Shown here: one piece after another, positions 63,888 to 64,000 of the stretch | How positions within the stretch are numbered: position 1 is the stretch's first letter | Layout of the letters: each line of letters begins with the position of its first letter | Source: Podarcis vaucheri | Lineage: Eukaryota | Length of the DNA stretch: 64,000 nt | Direction: 5' to 3' (one strand) | NCBI GenBank assembly: GCA_965113315.1 | Contig: OZ220371.1 | Position numbers and translations under genes: made by a program | Notes under the pieces: model-generated | What the model was told of the DNA's origin: nothing | Database searches by the model: none | Seen by the model: only the letters and a program-made list of their open reading frames with translations

Positions 63888-64000
63888 CACACCAGAATGG
63901 TGTTTACATGAACGTACAGCAACAGGAACCAATGTTGGACACACCACATGAATTTCAATAAGAGTTCTGATGGTGAAGCTATAGATAATACGTTGAAGTT

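Noticed and set aside
1-64000. Intact autonomous transposon, endogenous virus or bacterial system
   Set aside because: No long ORF is present; all LINE pieces are short 3' fragments and all DNA elements are non-autonomous.

Overview
This is vertebrate DNA, not microbial. Sauria SINEs, BovB/RTE, CR1, L2 and Penelope-type repeats point to a squamate reptile, possibly a lacertid lizard (inference). The window lies in the 5' part of FBXW7, the SCF ubiquitin-ligase substrate receptor, on the minus strand. Two coding exons are recognisable. The alpha-specific exon spans 29568-28993, with ATG at 29499 (MNQELLSVGSKRRRTGG...). The gamma-specific exon has its CDS at 16888-16742 (MSKPGK...LPFCRRR) and a TATA/CCAAT promoter candidate upstream. 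I did not find the beta exon, the common F-box/WD40 exons or the alpha promoter; they presumably lie outside the window. The rest is intron dense with MITEs (Tc1/mariner-type with TA flanks, hAT-type with 8-bp TSDs), SINEs and LINE 3' fragments, several of them nested. Most notable observations: (1) the same start-stop 10-mer ATGTGAAAAC precedes both the alpha and gamma initiators; (2) the 576-nt alpha exon is stop-free end to end in the FBXW7 frame, so it could allow an N-terminal extension or an endless-ORF circRNA; (3) a Penelope-type minimal hammerhead ribozyme motif lies in pre-mRNA sense orientation inside a perfect 40-bp inverted repeat; (4) a MITE has been inflated by two CpG-rich hairpin tandem arrays, and two closely spaced inverted MITE pairs are present; (5) there is a consensus CTCF site. 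Repeat family names come from motif recognition only; no database search was run.
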